From Deltaproteobacteria bacterium (GTDB lineage: Bacteria > Desulfobacterota > DSM-4660 > Desulfatiglandales > HGW-15), in the NCBI GenBank assembly GCA_019313825.1, contig JAFDAM010000003.1, forward strand, positions 1 through 58,956: 58,956 nucleotides of DNA, given 5' to 3'. The notes beneath the pieces were generated by a model. The model had not been told where the DNA came from. It did no database searches and saw nothing but the letters and a program-made list of their open reading frames with translations. Shown piece after piece: positions 19,704 through 28,411 of the stretch. A program made the translations under genes and the position numbers. Numbering within the stretch: the stretch's first letter is position 1; each line of letters begins with the position of its first letter.

Positions 19704-19880
19704 TCAAAAAGAGCGGGGCAGATCCAGGAACCCCAGACCTGCCATCTTCCGCCATAACTCCTCGGGGAATTCGCCGGTTTGCTCAAGTTCGCGTGCATAC
19801 TCCCGGGGGCATTGTTCTTCGACGGATCTTCTAATTATATTCTGTAATAGGGCCTGTTCTTTGGACAGGCCAAAATCCAT
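19704..19880 (-). pseudogene. Truncated acyl-CoA dehydrogenase duplicate (N-terminal 58 codons)
   Basis: Translates MDFGLSKEQALLQNIIRRSVEEQCPREYARELEQTGEFPEELWRKMAGLGFL..., matching the start of 15443-16606, then stops. Confidence 0.9.
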
Positions 19881-20033
19881 AGCGGTTTTCCTCTGGCTTA
19901 TCTTTGGTTAATAATGCGAATCCTCTTTAAGGCTATATCTTCGTAACTGCTTATCAGGTTCATGGTTCACGGATGGTCGTTCTCCAAACTTTGAACCTGA
20001 GATGAAATATCATCCTTTTGAGTGCATTCATTC

Positions 20034-20174
20034 AGCAAGGTGTATGCCAAAACTTACAATGGGTTTTAATTTATTGATATCATTGCGGATACGCCTACCT
20101 AGTATCATCTCGTGGGCTCGTCTGCTACTTATTATTTTACATATGCCGGGCCGAAGACTTTACACTGCTTTACA
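20034..20174 (-). promoter_or_regulatory. Sigma54 promoter of left operon with IHF site and upstream activator sequence
   Basis: TGGCATACACCTTGCT (GG-N10-GC, 20049-20034); TATCAATAAATTA matches IHF consensus (20079-20067); TGTAAAG repeat block 20174-20131. Confidence 0.8.
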
Positions 20175-20713
20175 TGCTACTGTATAAGTATAGTTCTTGC
20201 TGCAATTCCCTTTTTAGAGACTTGCCACCAAGACGCCCTAGCCGGAAGGATACACTCAAAATCAATGCCATGTGAGCAGGTTGATGTATCCCATTCAGGG
20301 AGGAATAAACAGATCAGGTATGAGCCATACAAAGCTTCATTATCTTCTTCAAATGGATTAAATGATTAGGCAGCCTTGACAGTATAAATGGCATTGTATA
20401 TATATATTGAATTTAGCAATGGTAATAAGCTCTCTCCAAAATTGTACCCTCATTTTAGATAATTAAGACAGAAAATACTGCTTTTTTAAGACAAGATCCG
20501 CGAGACTTCAAGCGGAAATCTCTTTTCGGTTATTAAGGTGGCAAAGATCGTCTTTTTCTTTCTCAGCTGTATAGTCTGTTTTTGAAATAACATACAGGTT
20601 AACAAACCCATATTATGAATAATGGATTTTCGTATTTTTCCTTTCTGGGCCGGCCTTACTAAGATCTCTTTTGTCTGATAAGCGCAAATTCTGCTAAATC
20701 GAGGGGAAAGCCT

Positions 20714-22654
20714 ATGACTTATTCCATGGATTTTGATCTCCTATCGGATATATCTGGACATTTCGATATAGAGCGGGCCATTACACACACTGAGGCCCTC
20801 TGGCAGCAATTGCTTACGCAGCGGTCAATGCCTCAGCAGGATCTGCGACCGACAATCCTAAACTCCTGGCAACGCTGTCTGGATTTAGAAGTAAACCCAC
20901 ATCGCAATACACCTCCCCAACTCTCCGTTAGAGAGATAGAGAACCGGCTGCAGACCCGCAAAGAATACCTTGATGTGATTCAGCCTATCGTTGCCGGCAT
21001 GGAGCGAATAGCAGATCTCTCCAGATTTATTATAGCCTTTGCCGACAGGGAAGGCTTTCTCTTGATGATCTACGGTAACCGGCAACTTAAGCAAGAGATG
21101 GATAAGCTGAACTCGCGGGTAGGAAACAACATGAGCGAACGATATGCCGGCACAAACGCAATAGGCATAGCGCTTACCACCGGGCAACCAAGCCAGGTCT
21201 TTCATGCAGAACACTTCTGCCAGGGCCTCCACAATTACAGCTGCATCGCTATACCTATCAGGGATCCCTTCTCGCAGGAGATTATCGGAGTACTTGATTT
21301 TGTCTCGCGGGTTGAAGACCATCAGCCCCATATATTTGGGATGGCAGCCCAGATGGGTCGTTGCATAGAGCTGGAAATCTACAGGGAAGAAAAGGAGAGG
21401 GAGGATCTTTTTCGAGAACAGATTCTTGACCAAATGGAAGGTGGGATCATTGTCCTGAATGACGATGATCGCATCAGTCAGGTGAATCTTAAAGCCCTGG
21501 ATTACTTGAACGTGGAGAGAAAAAGTATACTCAATAAAAGACTTCAGGATTTTGACATCCTGTCCGGATGGAAAGACATGGAAGAACCCTTCTGGCTTTC
21601 TCGGGACCAAAACACCGAGATTTTCTTAAAGCGCAGACCCATTGTCCATCAACAGAGGACGCTCGGTTCATTTATTTTTTGCGAACCTATCAAGAAGGCA
21701 TCCAAACAGGTTACGAGCCAGAAGAATACGTCCATCCGGCGTCCGATCGGCAGATCACCCGCCTTTCGAGATGTACTGCATGTGGCAGAACACACTGCTC
21801 AATTTAACTCCAATATCCTGATTTCAGGAGAAACAGGCACGGGCAAAGAGGTCTTGGCACGTTTTATCCATAGAAAAAGCCGACGCCATGATAAGCCGTT
21901 TGTGGCTGTCAACTGCGGTTCCATTCCGAGGGAACTGCTGGGAAGCGAACTCTTCGGCTATAAGGCAGGAGCCTTTACAGGGGCCAGCAAAAAGGGGCAT
22001 ATCAGCAAGTTTGAACTTGCAAATGGAGGCACCTTGCTGCTGGACGAAATCTCTGAAATGCCCATAGAATCCCAGGTCTATCTCCTTAGAGTGATTGAAG
22101 AGAAAGTCTTGACTCCTTTAGGCGGAACGCAGCAGATTCCTGTTGATGTTCGGATCATTGCTGTCTCGAATAAGGACCTTTATAAGGAGGTCAAGGCCGG
22201 CCGTTTCAGGGATGATCTCTTCTTCCGCCTAAACGTAGTGCATATCAATATGCCCCTTCTTAAGGAGCGTAAAGAAGACATTCCATTGTTAGTGAAGCAC
22301 TTTATTGAGGACCTTTCACAGTCGTTGTTGAAGAGGGTGGAAGGTCTCTCTCCAGGCATCGTCGATGCCTTGATGGCCTATGAATGGCCGGGGAATGTGA
22401 GGGAGCTGAAGAATGCTCTCGAGCACGCCATGGTCATCTGCCCCGGAGAGATGATTACCTGGGAAGTCCTTCCTGAAAAGATTCGTAACGGGGGATCAGT
22501 ACCAGATCACCTTCCTGAACAAGAAAGGGGGCGATACCTTCGTTTTGTAAGGGCATTCCAGGAGTCAAAAGGAAACATCACACAAGCTGCAAAACTCCTC
22601 AACGTGTCCAGGCCTACAGTGTATGCATGGCGTAAGAAATTCGGGCTCAACTGA
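20714..22654 (+). CDS. Sigma54-dependent activator, GAF-PAS-AAA+-HTH (AcoR-like architecture)
   Basis: GTNAIGIAL GAF motif; GETGTGKE, GAFTGA, LLLDEI, WPGNVREL; C-terminal Fis-type HTH. Confidence 0.95.
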   Translation: MTYSMDFDLLSDISGHFDIERAITHTEALWQQLLTQRSMPQQDLRPTILNSWQRCLDLEVNPHRNTPPQLSVREIENRLQTRKEYLDVIQPIVAGMERIADLSRFIIAFADREGFLLMIYGNRQLKQEMDKLNSRVGNNMSERYAGTNAIGIALTTGQPSQVFHAEHFCQGLHNYSCIAIPIRDPFSQEIIGVLDFVSRVEDHQPHIFGMAAQMGRCIELEIYREEKEREDLFREQILDQMEGGIIVLNDDDRISQVNLKALDYLNVERKSILNKRLQDFDILSGWKDMEEPFWLSRDQNTEIFLKRRPIVHQQRTLGSFIFCEPIKKASKQVTSQKNTSIRRPIGRSPAFRDVLHVAEHTAQFNSNILISGETGTGKEVLARFIHRKSRRHDKPFVAVNCGSIPRELLGSELFGYKAGAFTGASKKGHISKFELANGGTLLLDEISEMPIESQVYLLRVIEEKVLTPLGGTQQIPVDVRIIAVSNKDLYKEVKAGRFRDDLFFRLNVVHINMPLLKERKEDIPLLVKHFIEDLSQSLLKRVEGLSPGIVDALMAYEWPGNVRELKNALEHAMVICPGEMITWEVLPEKIRNGGSVPDHLPEQERGRYLRFVRAFQESKGNITQAAKLLNVSRPTVYAWRKKFGLN

Positions 22655-22774
22655 TCCTGGACTCATTTTTATTGACTCTTTATCCCCCAGAGGCAGAATA
22701 GACCCCTGGTATCTGTGTATCTTTTTGGACTACTTTTCCTGAGGTTTTTTCCCTTTAGAATGATGTACGGCCTG

Positions 22775-23045
22775 CTTTACAGTGTAAAGTTGCTATAACT
22801 GTCTCAGATAATTTAGTATTTTTAGAGTGTATTAATCCTTATATGCCTCCTTCCATTCTGCTTGGATCGGAAAGTCATGATATCACCGCTGTTTGAGTGC
22901 CTTTGTGTAAAGCGAAGTAAAGTCAATGCCCGGTAGCTGTAAAAAAATAGACATGAAGTGCTGGAGATTGTATCAGATCAGCATCATTTTTCATATCATT
23001 TCCAATAGGTTGGCCGTTTGCGGGAAAAATGGCACAGGCCTTGCT
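22775..23045 (+). promoter_or_regulatory. Sigma54 promoter of right operon with upstream activator sequence
   Basis: TGGCACAGGCCTTGCT (23030-23045); block 22906-22953 homologous to the left one; palindrome CTTTACAGTGTAAAG at 22775-22789. Confidence 0.8.
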
Positions 23046-23160
23046 CTCTATGACAGGGTTTTTAACAATTCAGGTCAGCATACGCTGGTGATGATAATCA
23101 CATGCCTGATCTTTAAGATAACAAGGGGTTAAGGCCCCGTTTTCCGAAAGGAGGATCTCT

Positions 23161-24519
23161 ATGACTGAACTAAGAGTGGTGAACGGACAAGTCTTTATTC
23201 CAGGTAGCGGCTTTTTTGACCTGGACGTGGGAGTCAACCAAGGAAAGATCTCTGTCCTCGCTAGAAGGGGGGATCTCCCTGAGGCGGACCAGACCGTGGA
23301 TGCTCAAGGGAAACTTGTTATTCCCGGGGTGATCGATCCTCATATACACCTGGGGATCTTCAATGATTTCGAAAAAGAATGCGAAACAGAGACACGCGCC
23401 GCACTTGCAGGCGGTGTGACCACTGTGGGGATGTTCATGGGTGGTGAAGATTCCTATTTGCAGCAACTCGGTGGTCTTATTGAGACATTTGAACAAAAGG
23501 CCTCCACAGACCTCATTTTCCATCTTAGCATCTTCACGGATCAACAGATGGCTGAGATGGATGAGTACCAGAAACAGTTCGGTGTAACCTCATTCAAGTT
23601 TTATATGGCAGGAGTGAAAGGCGTGTTTCCGGGCGTGTCAGACAGCTTCATTTACGAAGGATTTAAGAAGGTCGCGGCCATGGGGGAACGGGCTACTGCG
23701 TGCATCCACTGCGAAGATCAGTCCATGTTGGACTCGGCGTTTGAGAGAGTCTCCCAGGAGAACCCTAAAGGTACGCTTGCGGACTGGGCAGACACCGCGC
23801 CTAACATGGCTGAAGAACAGGCCATAATGCGAGCCTATTACCTCGCTGAGAAGGCTGGTAACAAGCTCTACATTGTGCATATCTCCACCAAGGAGGGGAT
23901 TGAACGTTTTGCTGAACTACGTAAGCAAGGCACAGCCAATGCCTTCGGTGAGACCACTTCGCCCTATCTTTCGGTAAACAAGCATGATTCATTGGGGCTT
24001 TTATGCAAGATGGTGCCACCTCTTCGGGATGAACAGGATATAGACAGTCTCTGGGAGCGGGTCAGGGATGAGACAATCGCTTCATTTGGTACCGATAATG
24101 TGAGTCTGAACCGTGCCGTCAAACAGGCGGAAAAGGGGATGCTTGAGGCGATGCCCGGCTATCCCGTTTTACAGACCCACCTGCCAGTGTTACTAACCGA
24201 AGGGTATCACAAGAGGAACATCCCCCTGGAGACCATCCTGACCAGGGCGACCATAAATCCGGCCCGAATCTACGGCATTTACCCGCAGAAGGGGACCATC
24301 AGCATAGGAAGTGACGCTGATCTGGTTGTGCTCGATCTGGAAAAGGAGCGGACAGTGAAAAGCGATGAGCTATTCTCATACAGCGACTTCTCCATATATG
24401 AGGGGAAGACTCTGAAAGGGTGGCCTTCAGTGGTCGTGAAAGGAGGCCAGGTTGCTTATAAGGACGGCGAGATCATCGTGGAACCGGGATGCGGTTCCTA
24501 TCTGCGCCGAGAACTGTAG
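23161..24519 (+). CDS. Cyclic amidohydrolase (dihydropyrimidinase/allantoinase/dihydroorotase-like)
   Basis: PGVIDPHIH, AALAGGVTT, SFKFYM (carbamylatable Lys), IHCED, YIVHIS, PPLR, GTD, KGTISIGSDADLV. Confidence 0.9.
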   Translation: MTELRVVNGQVFIPGSGFFDLDVGVNQGKISVLARRGDLPEADQTVDAQGKLVIPGVIDPHIHLGIFNDFEKECETETRAALAGGVTTVGMFMGGEDSYLQQLGGLIETFEQKASTDLIFHLSIFTDQQMAEMDEYQKQFGVTSFKFYMAGVKGVFPGVSDSFIYEGFKKVAAMGERATACIHCEDQSMLDSAFERVSQENPKGTLADWADTAPNMAEEQAIMRAYYLAEKAGNKLYIVHISTKEGIERFAELRKQGTANAFGETTSPYLSVNKHDSLGLLCKMVPPLRDEQDIDSLWERVRDETIASFGTDNVSLNRAVKQAEKGMLEAMPGYPVLQTHLPVLLTEGYHKRNIPLETILTRATINPARIYGIYPQKGTISIGSDADLVVLDLEKERTVKSDELFSYSDFSIYEGKTLKGWPSVVVKGGQVAYKDGEIIVEPGCGSYLRREL

Positions 24520-24631
24520 GAGGGATGAGCTAGGACACTCAAGTTTCGTACCCTCAAACGAAGGAATACTATTTTGGGTTTGATTCTACTGAAGCCGGGA
24601 TCTGCGGCTAAATATTTTACGAGGAACAGCA

Positions 24632-25204
24632 ATGTATGAGATTCGACTTCACGGTAGAGGGGGACAAGGTGCGGTTCTGGCCTCCAAGATCCTGGCCAAA
24701 GCGCTTGTGGAGGAGGGAAAGTCCGTAAAGGCAATCCCCTCCTTTGGCTTTGAACGACGCGGGGCGCCGGTGGCTGCATTTCTCCGGTTCGATGATAAAG
24801 AGATCCGGCAGACCACAAACATCTACCATCCCGACTGTATTATATGCCTGGACCCTACCCTTCCACGGGCCGTGGATATCTTTTCCGGCATGAATCTCAA
24901 CGGGATCTGGGTCCAGTCCACAAAAAAGTCGCTTGATCAGATTCAGGTACCGGAGACCGTCTCCAAGGTTGGGTTGTGCGACGCCTTTGGGATCGCCCGG
25001 AACATATTTGGCCGGATCATCACCAATTCCATTATGCTGGGCGCCTTTGCCAAGACCACAGACATAGTCTCCCTGGACTCTCTGAGTAAAGGCATGGAAT
25101 CGGTGGCCTTTCGAGATGCGGCCTTAGAGAAGAACATTCAGGCGTTGCAACATGGTTACGATGAAACCAAGGTCTTTGATGTCAACAAACAGGAGGCGTT
25201 ATGA
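24632..25204 (+). CDS. padE: Phenylglyoxylate:acceptor oxidoreductase gamma subunit
   Basis: HGRGGQG and IPSFGFERRGAPV motifs; gamma-delta-alpha-epsilon-beta gene order. Confidence 0.85.
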   Translation: MYEIRLHGRGGQGAVLASKILAKALVEEGKSVKAIPSFGFERRGAPVAAFLRFDDKEIRQTTNIYHPDCIICLDPTLPRAVDIFSGMNLNGIWVQSTKKSLDQIQVPETVSKVGLCDAFGIARNIFGRIITNSIMLGAFAKTTDIVSLDSLSKGMESVAFRDAALEKNIQALQHGYDETKVFDVNKQEAL

Positions 25205-25494
25205 AACTGCAGGCACGAAAGCCTTTTGATCAGTCGACTATTCCCAATGATCTCTGTCCAATTGCCACCGAGTATGTTGTAATAAAAACAGGTGATTGGC
25301 GAGCAGAAAGGCCTGTAGTGGAACGGGATAAGTGCGTCAAGTGCGCCACCTGCTGGGTCTATTGCCCTACGCAGTGCATTGTTGAGAAACCGAACTGGTT
25401 TGAGGCCAATTTGGATATCTGTAAAGGATGCGGCGTCTGCGCCCAGGAATGCCCTCATCATGCCATTAACATGGCAGAAGAGTCAGAGGATTAG
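25201..25494 (+). CDS. padF: Phenylglyoxylate:acceptor oxidoreductase delta subunit, 2[4Fe-4S]
   Basis: KTGDWR..RP; CVKCATCWVYCP and CKGCGVCAQECP. Confidence 0.85.
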   Translation: MKLQARKPFDQSTIPNDLCPIATEYVVIKTGDWRAERPVVERDKCVKCATCWVYCPTQCIVEKPNWFEANLDICKGCGVCAQECPHHAINMAEESED

Positions 25495-25497
25495 CCA

Positions 25498-26700
25498 ATG
25501 TCCAGAACGATTGTTTGCGACGGAAACGAAGCAGCCGCCTGGGGTGTGGCCCTGTCCCGCCCTGATATGGTTGCGGTCTATCCCATTACACCCCAGTCCT
25601 CCTTGGCGGAATATATCTCACAGTTTGTGGCTGACGGAATTATTAATGCCGACCTGATGGACGTGGAAGGAGAGCACAGTGTGCTCTCAGTGCTCCATGG
25701 CGCCTGTCTGGCCGGTGCCCGGACCTTCACTGCCAGTTGTGGCCAGGGACTCGCCTTCATGTTCGAGCCGTACTTTCGAACGCCTCCACTGCGATTACCC
25801 ATTGTCATGTCCATAGTGACACGGGATGGGATTACTCCCCAGTGCGTGTGGGGCGGGCAACAGGATGCCATGACCGTCCGAGAGGTGGGCTGGGTGCATA
25901 TGTACTGCGAAACCGCCCAGGAGATCATGGACACGGTTGTCATGGCATACAGGATCGCCGAGCATCGCGAGGTCATGCTTCCAGTGAACGTGAACCATGA
26001 TGGAAACTACCTTTCATACTGTGTGGAGAAGGTGGAGATACCTGATCAAGAAGAGGTGGACGACTTCTTAGGTGAAAAAAACACCAATTGGCATGTTGCC
26101 CTTGATCCGGATCGGCCCATGGGTGTGGATCCCCTTACAGGCGGTGCAGGAGGCCCTGGGCCGGCTCTCTTTGTGCGGTATCGCAAAGGGCAATGTAAAG
26201 GTATGCAAACTGCCTTAAGGGTGATCACCGAGGTTCATGAGGAGTGGGGAAAACGATTCGGACGGTACTACGCACCCTTGGTGGAAGAATACCGATTGGA
26301 TGATGCAGAATATGCCATCGTGACCATTGGCAGCATGGCCGGTGCAGGGAAGGACGCGGTGGACCTGGCCCGAGAATCAGGAGAGAAGGTAGGCCTCATC
26401 AAGATCAAGACATTTCGGCCATTTCCACTTAAAGTCTTGCGTCAGTCGTTGTCCAAGGTCAAAGCCATTGGGGTTGTGGATCGCTCAGTGAGCTTTGGGT
26501 GGAATTCCGGGCCTGTGTACCAGGAATTGCTTTCGACGCTATATTTCTTGGATGAGCGGATTCCGACTGTAAGCTTTATTGGGGGACTTGCCGGAGCAGA
26601 CATCACCATTGAACACTTTACCCGAGTCATTGAGACAACTGCTGTGGCTCTTCGCGGAAAGGAATTTGCTGAGCCCATCTGGCTTAATGAAAACGATTAG
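25498..26700 (+). CDS. padG: Phenylglyoxylate:acceptor oxidoreductase alpha subunit
   Basis: YPITPQS, EGEHS, LAFMFEPYFRTP, TRDGITPQ and FVRYRKGQC segments recalled from PadG. Confidence 0.88.
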   Translation: MSRTIVCDGNEAAAWGVALSRPDMVAVYPITPQSSLAEYISQFVADGIINADLMDVEGEHSVLSVLHGACLAGARTFTASCGQGLAFMFEPYFRTPPLRLPIVMSIVTRDGITPQCVWGGQQDAMTVREVGWVHMYCETAQEIMDTVVMAYRIAEHREVMLPVNVNHDGNYLSYCVEKVEIPDQEEVDDFLGEKNTNWHVALDPDRPMGVDPLTGGAGGPGPALFVRYRKGQCKGMQTALRVITEVHEEWGKRFGRYYAPLVEEYRLDDAEYAIVTIGSMAGAGKDAVDLARESGEKVGLIKIKTFRPFPLKVLRQSLSKVKAIGVVDRSVSFGWNSGPVYQELLSTLYFLDERIPTVSFIGGLAGADITIEHFTRVIETTAVALRGKEFAEPIWLNEND

Positions 26701-26772
26701 TAATATTTGACAGGATAACAGGATAAACATCATTTAGATTCAACGGAAAATATTAAAGACGATGGAGTAAAT

Positions 26773-28035
26773 ATGTCCCACAGCAAGTATCTCATAGTCG
26801 GCAGCAGCCACGCCGGGCTATCGGCACTTGAGGCCATTCGAACACATGACACGGAAGGGAGCATAACCCTGATAACCCAGGAGGTGCTCCTTCCCTATTC
26901 TCCCACTATCCTCCCCTATGTGCTTTCCGGACAGGTGGACAAAGGCCAGGTCTTCCTAATGGATAAGGCCGCCCTGGATCGCTATGGGGTGGCGTTTATG
27001 CAGGGCAAAAAATTGGTGGGTGTGGACCCTGCTTCACGCAGTGTGAGCCTGGAATCAGGAGAGAGCCTGGAGTATGAGAACCTGCTCCTTGTCACTGGAG
27101 CCGAACCTTCATTACCCCCCATTCCCGGACTAAAGGAGGCACCTTTTCATGTTTTACGTACCATGGAGGACGTTTTGCGTTTGCGCAAAGCTGTCCAGAA
27201 TGCAGAGTCGGCCATCGTGATGGGAGCAGGACTCATTGGCATGCATGCGGCTGAGAACCTTTTCAAAGAGGGACTTCAGGTCATAGTAGTAGAGGCGCTT
27301 CCTCAAGTGCTGCCCGGATACTTCGATGATCAGGCAGCAGGCCTGATACGGAAGGCTTTTACGGAGCAGGGGCTGAATATTTTCACCGAGAGCATGGTGA
27401 CTCATGTGTCCTCATCCAACGGAGACTGTGATGTGACCCTGGAATCGGGTAAAAAGCTGTCAGCCGACCTGATTATGGTGGCCACAGGGGTGAAGCCGCG
27501 CATGGCCTATCTGGATAAATCCGGCATTGAGGTGGATAATGGGATCCTGGTTGATGACACAATGAAGACCAGTATGAGCCATATCTGGGCGGCAGGGGAC
27601 GTGGCTCAGGCCCGTAGTTTTTTTGATTCTGAAAAGAATGTGCACGCGAATCTGCCCACTGCTATAGAGCAGGGGCGAATAGCAGGCTTGGACATGTCAG
27701 GTGATCCGGCACTGCGGCCTTACCCTGGTGGTATTCCCATGAACACTTATAAGTTCTTTGATCACAGATCCTTTTCTATTGGGCTGGCTAACATCTCTCA
27801 ATCGGAAAAGGATATTGAAGTGGATCAGCTGTTTCATCCAACCAGCATGCAGTATCAGAGGCTGATCTATACGAATGATTGTCTTGTTGGTGTATCAAGT
27901 ATCAATACGATGCTTGATCCGGGTATCATGTATCAGCTTATTCAGCGACGCGTTGACCTTGGCGAGGTAAAGAAGGCCTTTGCCGCTTCTCCCTTGGAGA
28001 CAGGGCGTATTTTGATGTCGAAGATTTGGGGCTAA
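26773..28035 (+). CDS. padH: FAD/NAD-binding epsilon subunit of phenylglyoxylate oxidoreductase
   Basis: IVGSSHAGL, GAGLIGMHAAENL, WAAGDVA; sits between alpha and beta. Confidence 0.85.
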   Translation: MSHSKYLIVGSSHAGLSALEAIRTHDTEGSITLITQEVLLPYSPTILPYVLSGQVDKGQVFLMDKAALDRYGVAFMQGKKLVGVDPASRSVSLESGESLEYENLLLVTGAEPSLPPIPGLKEAPFHVLRTMEDVLRLRKAVQNAESAIVMGAGLIGMHAAENLFKEGLQVIVVEALPQVLPGYFDDQAAGLIRKAFTEQGLNIFTESMVTHVSSSNGDCDVTLESGKKLSADLIMVATGVKPRMAYLDKSGIEVDNGILVDDTMKTSMSHIWAAGDVAQARSFFDSEKNVHANLPTAIEQGRIAGLDMSGDPALRPYPGGIPMNTYKFFDHRSFSIGLANISQSEKDIEVDQLFHPTSMQYQRLIYTNDCLVGVSSINTMLDPGIMYQLIQRRVDLGEVKKAFAASPLETGRILMSKIWG

Positions 28036-28055
28036 AACCGGGTCCTTTGGATGTG

Positions 28056-28377
28056 TCGAAGATTTCCGCTTCTGGCGGGAAGTCAGAGAAAATCGGCTCT
28101 GCCTGAAAAGGGGCAATCTATGCGGCGATGACTATCTCTTCAAGACGATATCTACTACCTTTTGAGGAAGGGGCCAAATATTTGGGCTTTGCCAAGTCAG
28201 TTGCAGATTCCAAAGGATTCAGAGGCATAAAACCGAAATATTTGACAACTGCATAGTCAAGTGGAATTTTAAAAAGATATCGTCTTGAAGAGACAGCCAT
28301 CGCCTCCAGGGTCGATACACCCTTTTAAGGTGCAAACAAAGCCACGTCCTTCTTCCCGCTTTACGGGAAATCTTCGA
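28056..28377. repeat. Nested palindromic element, copy B, between padH and padI
   Basis: Outer IR tcgaagatttcc/ggaaatcttcga; middle IR near 28095-28113/28320-28343; inner 29-bp IR 28124-28152/28276-28304. Confidence 0.8.
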
Positions 28378-28411
28378 GGGGCATGGATTCTTCACAAGGA
28401 GGAACAATAGA

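Larger units (their letters stand above)
16815..19880 (-). repeat. Tandem duplication of the four-gene unit 12219-16606
   Basis: Same gene order; ligase and hydratase intact, flanking genes reduced to remnants; intergenic DNA 17033-17114 nearly identical to 12873-12954. Confidence 0.9.

Noticed and set aside
20376-20404. Sigma70 promoter for the activator gene (TTGACA then an AT repeat)
   Set aside because: The -10 box is ambiguous within a TATATA run and lies over 300 nt from the start codon
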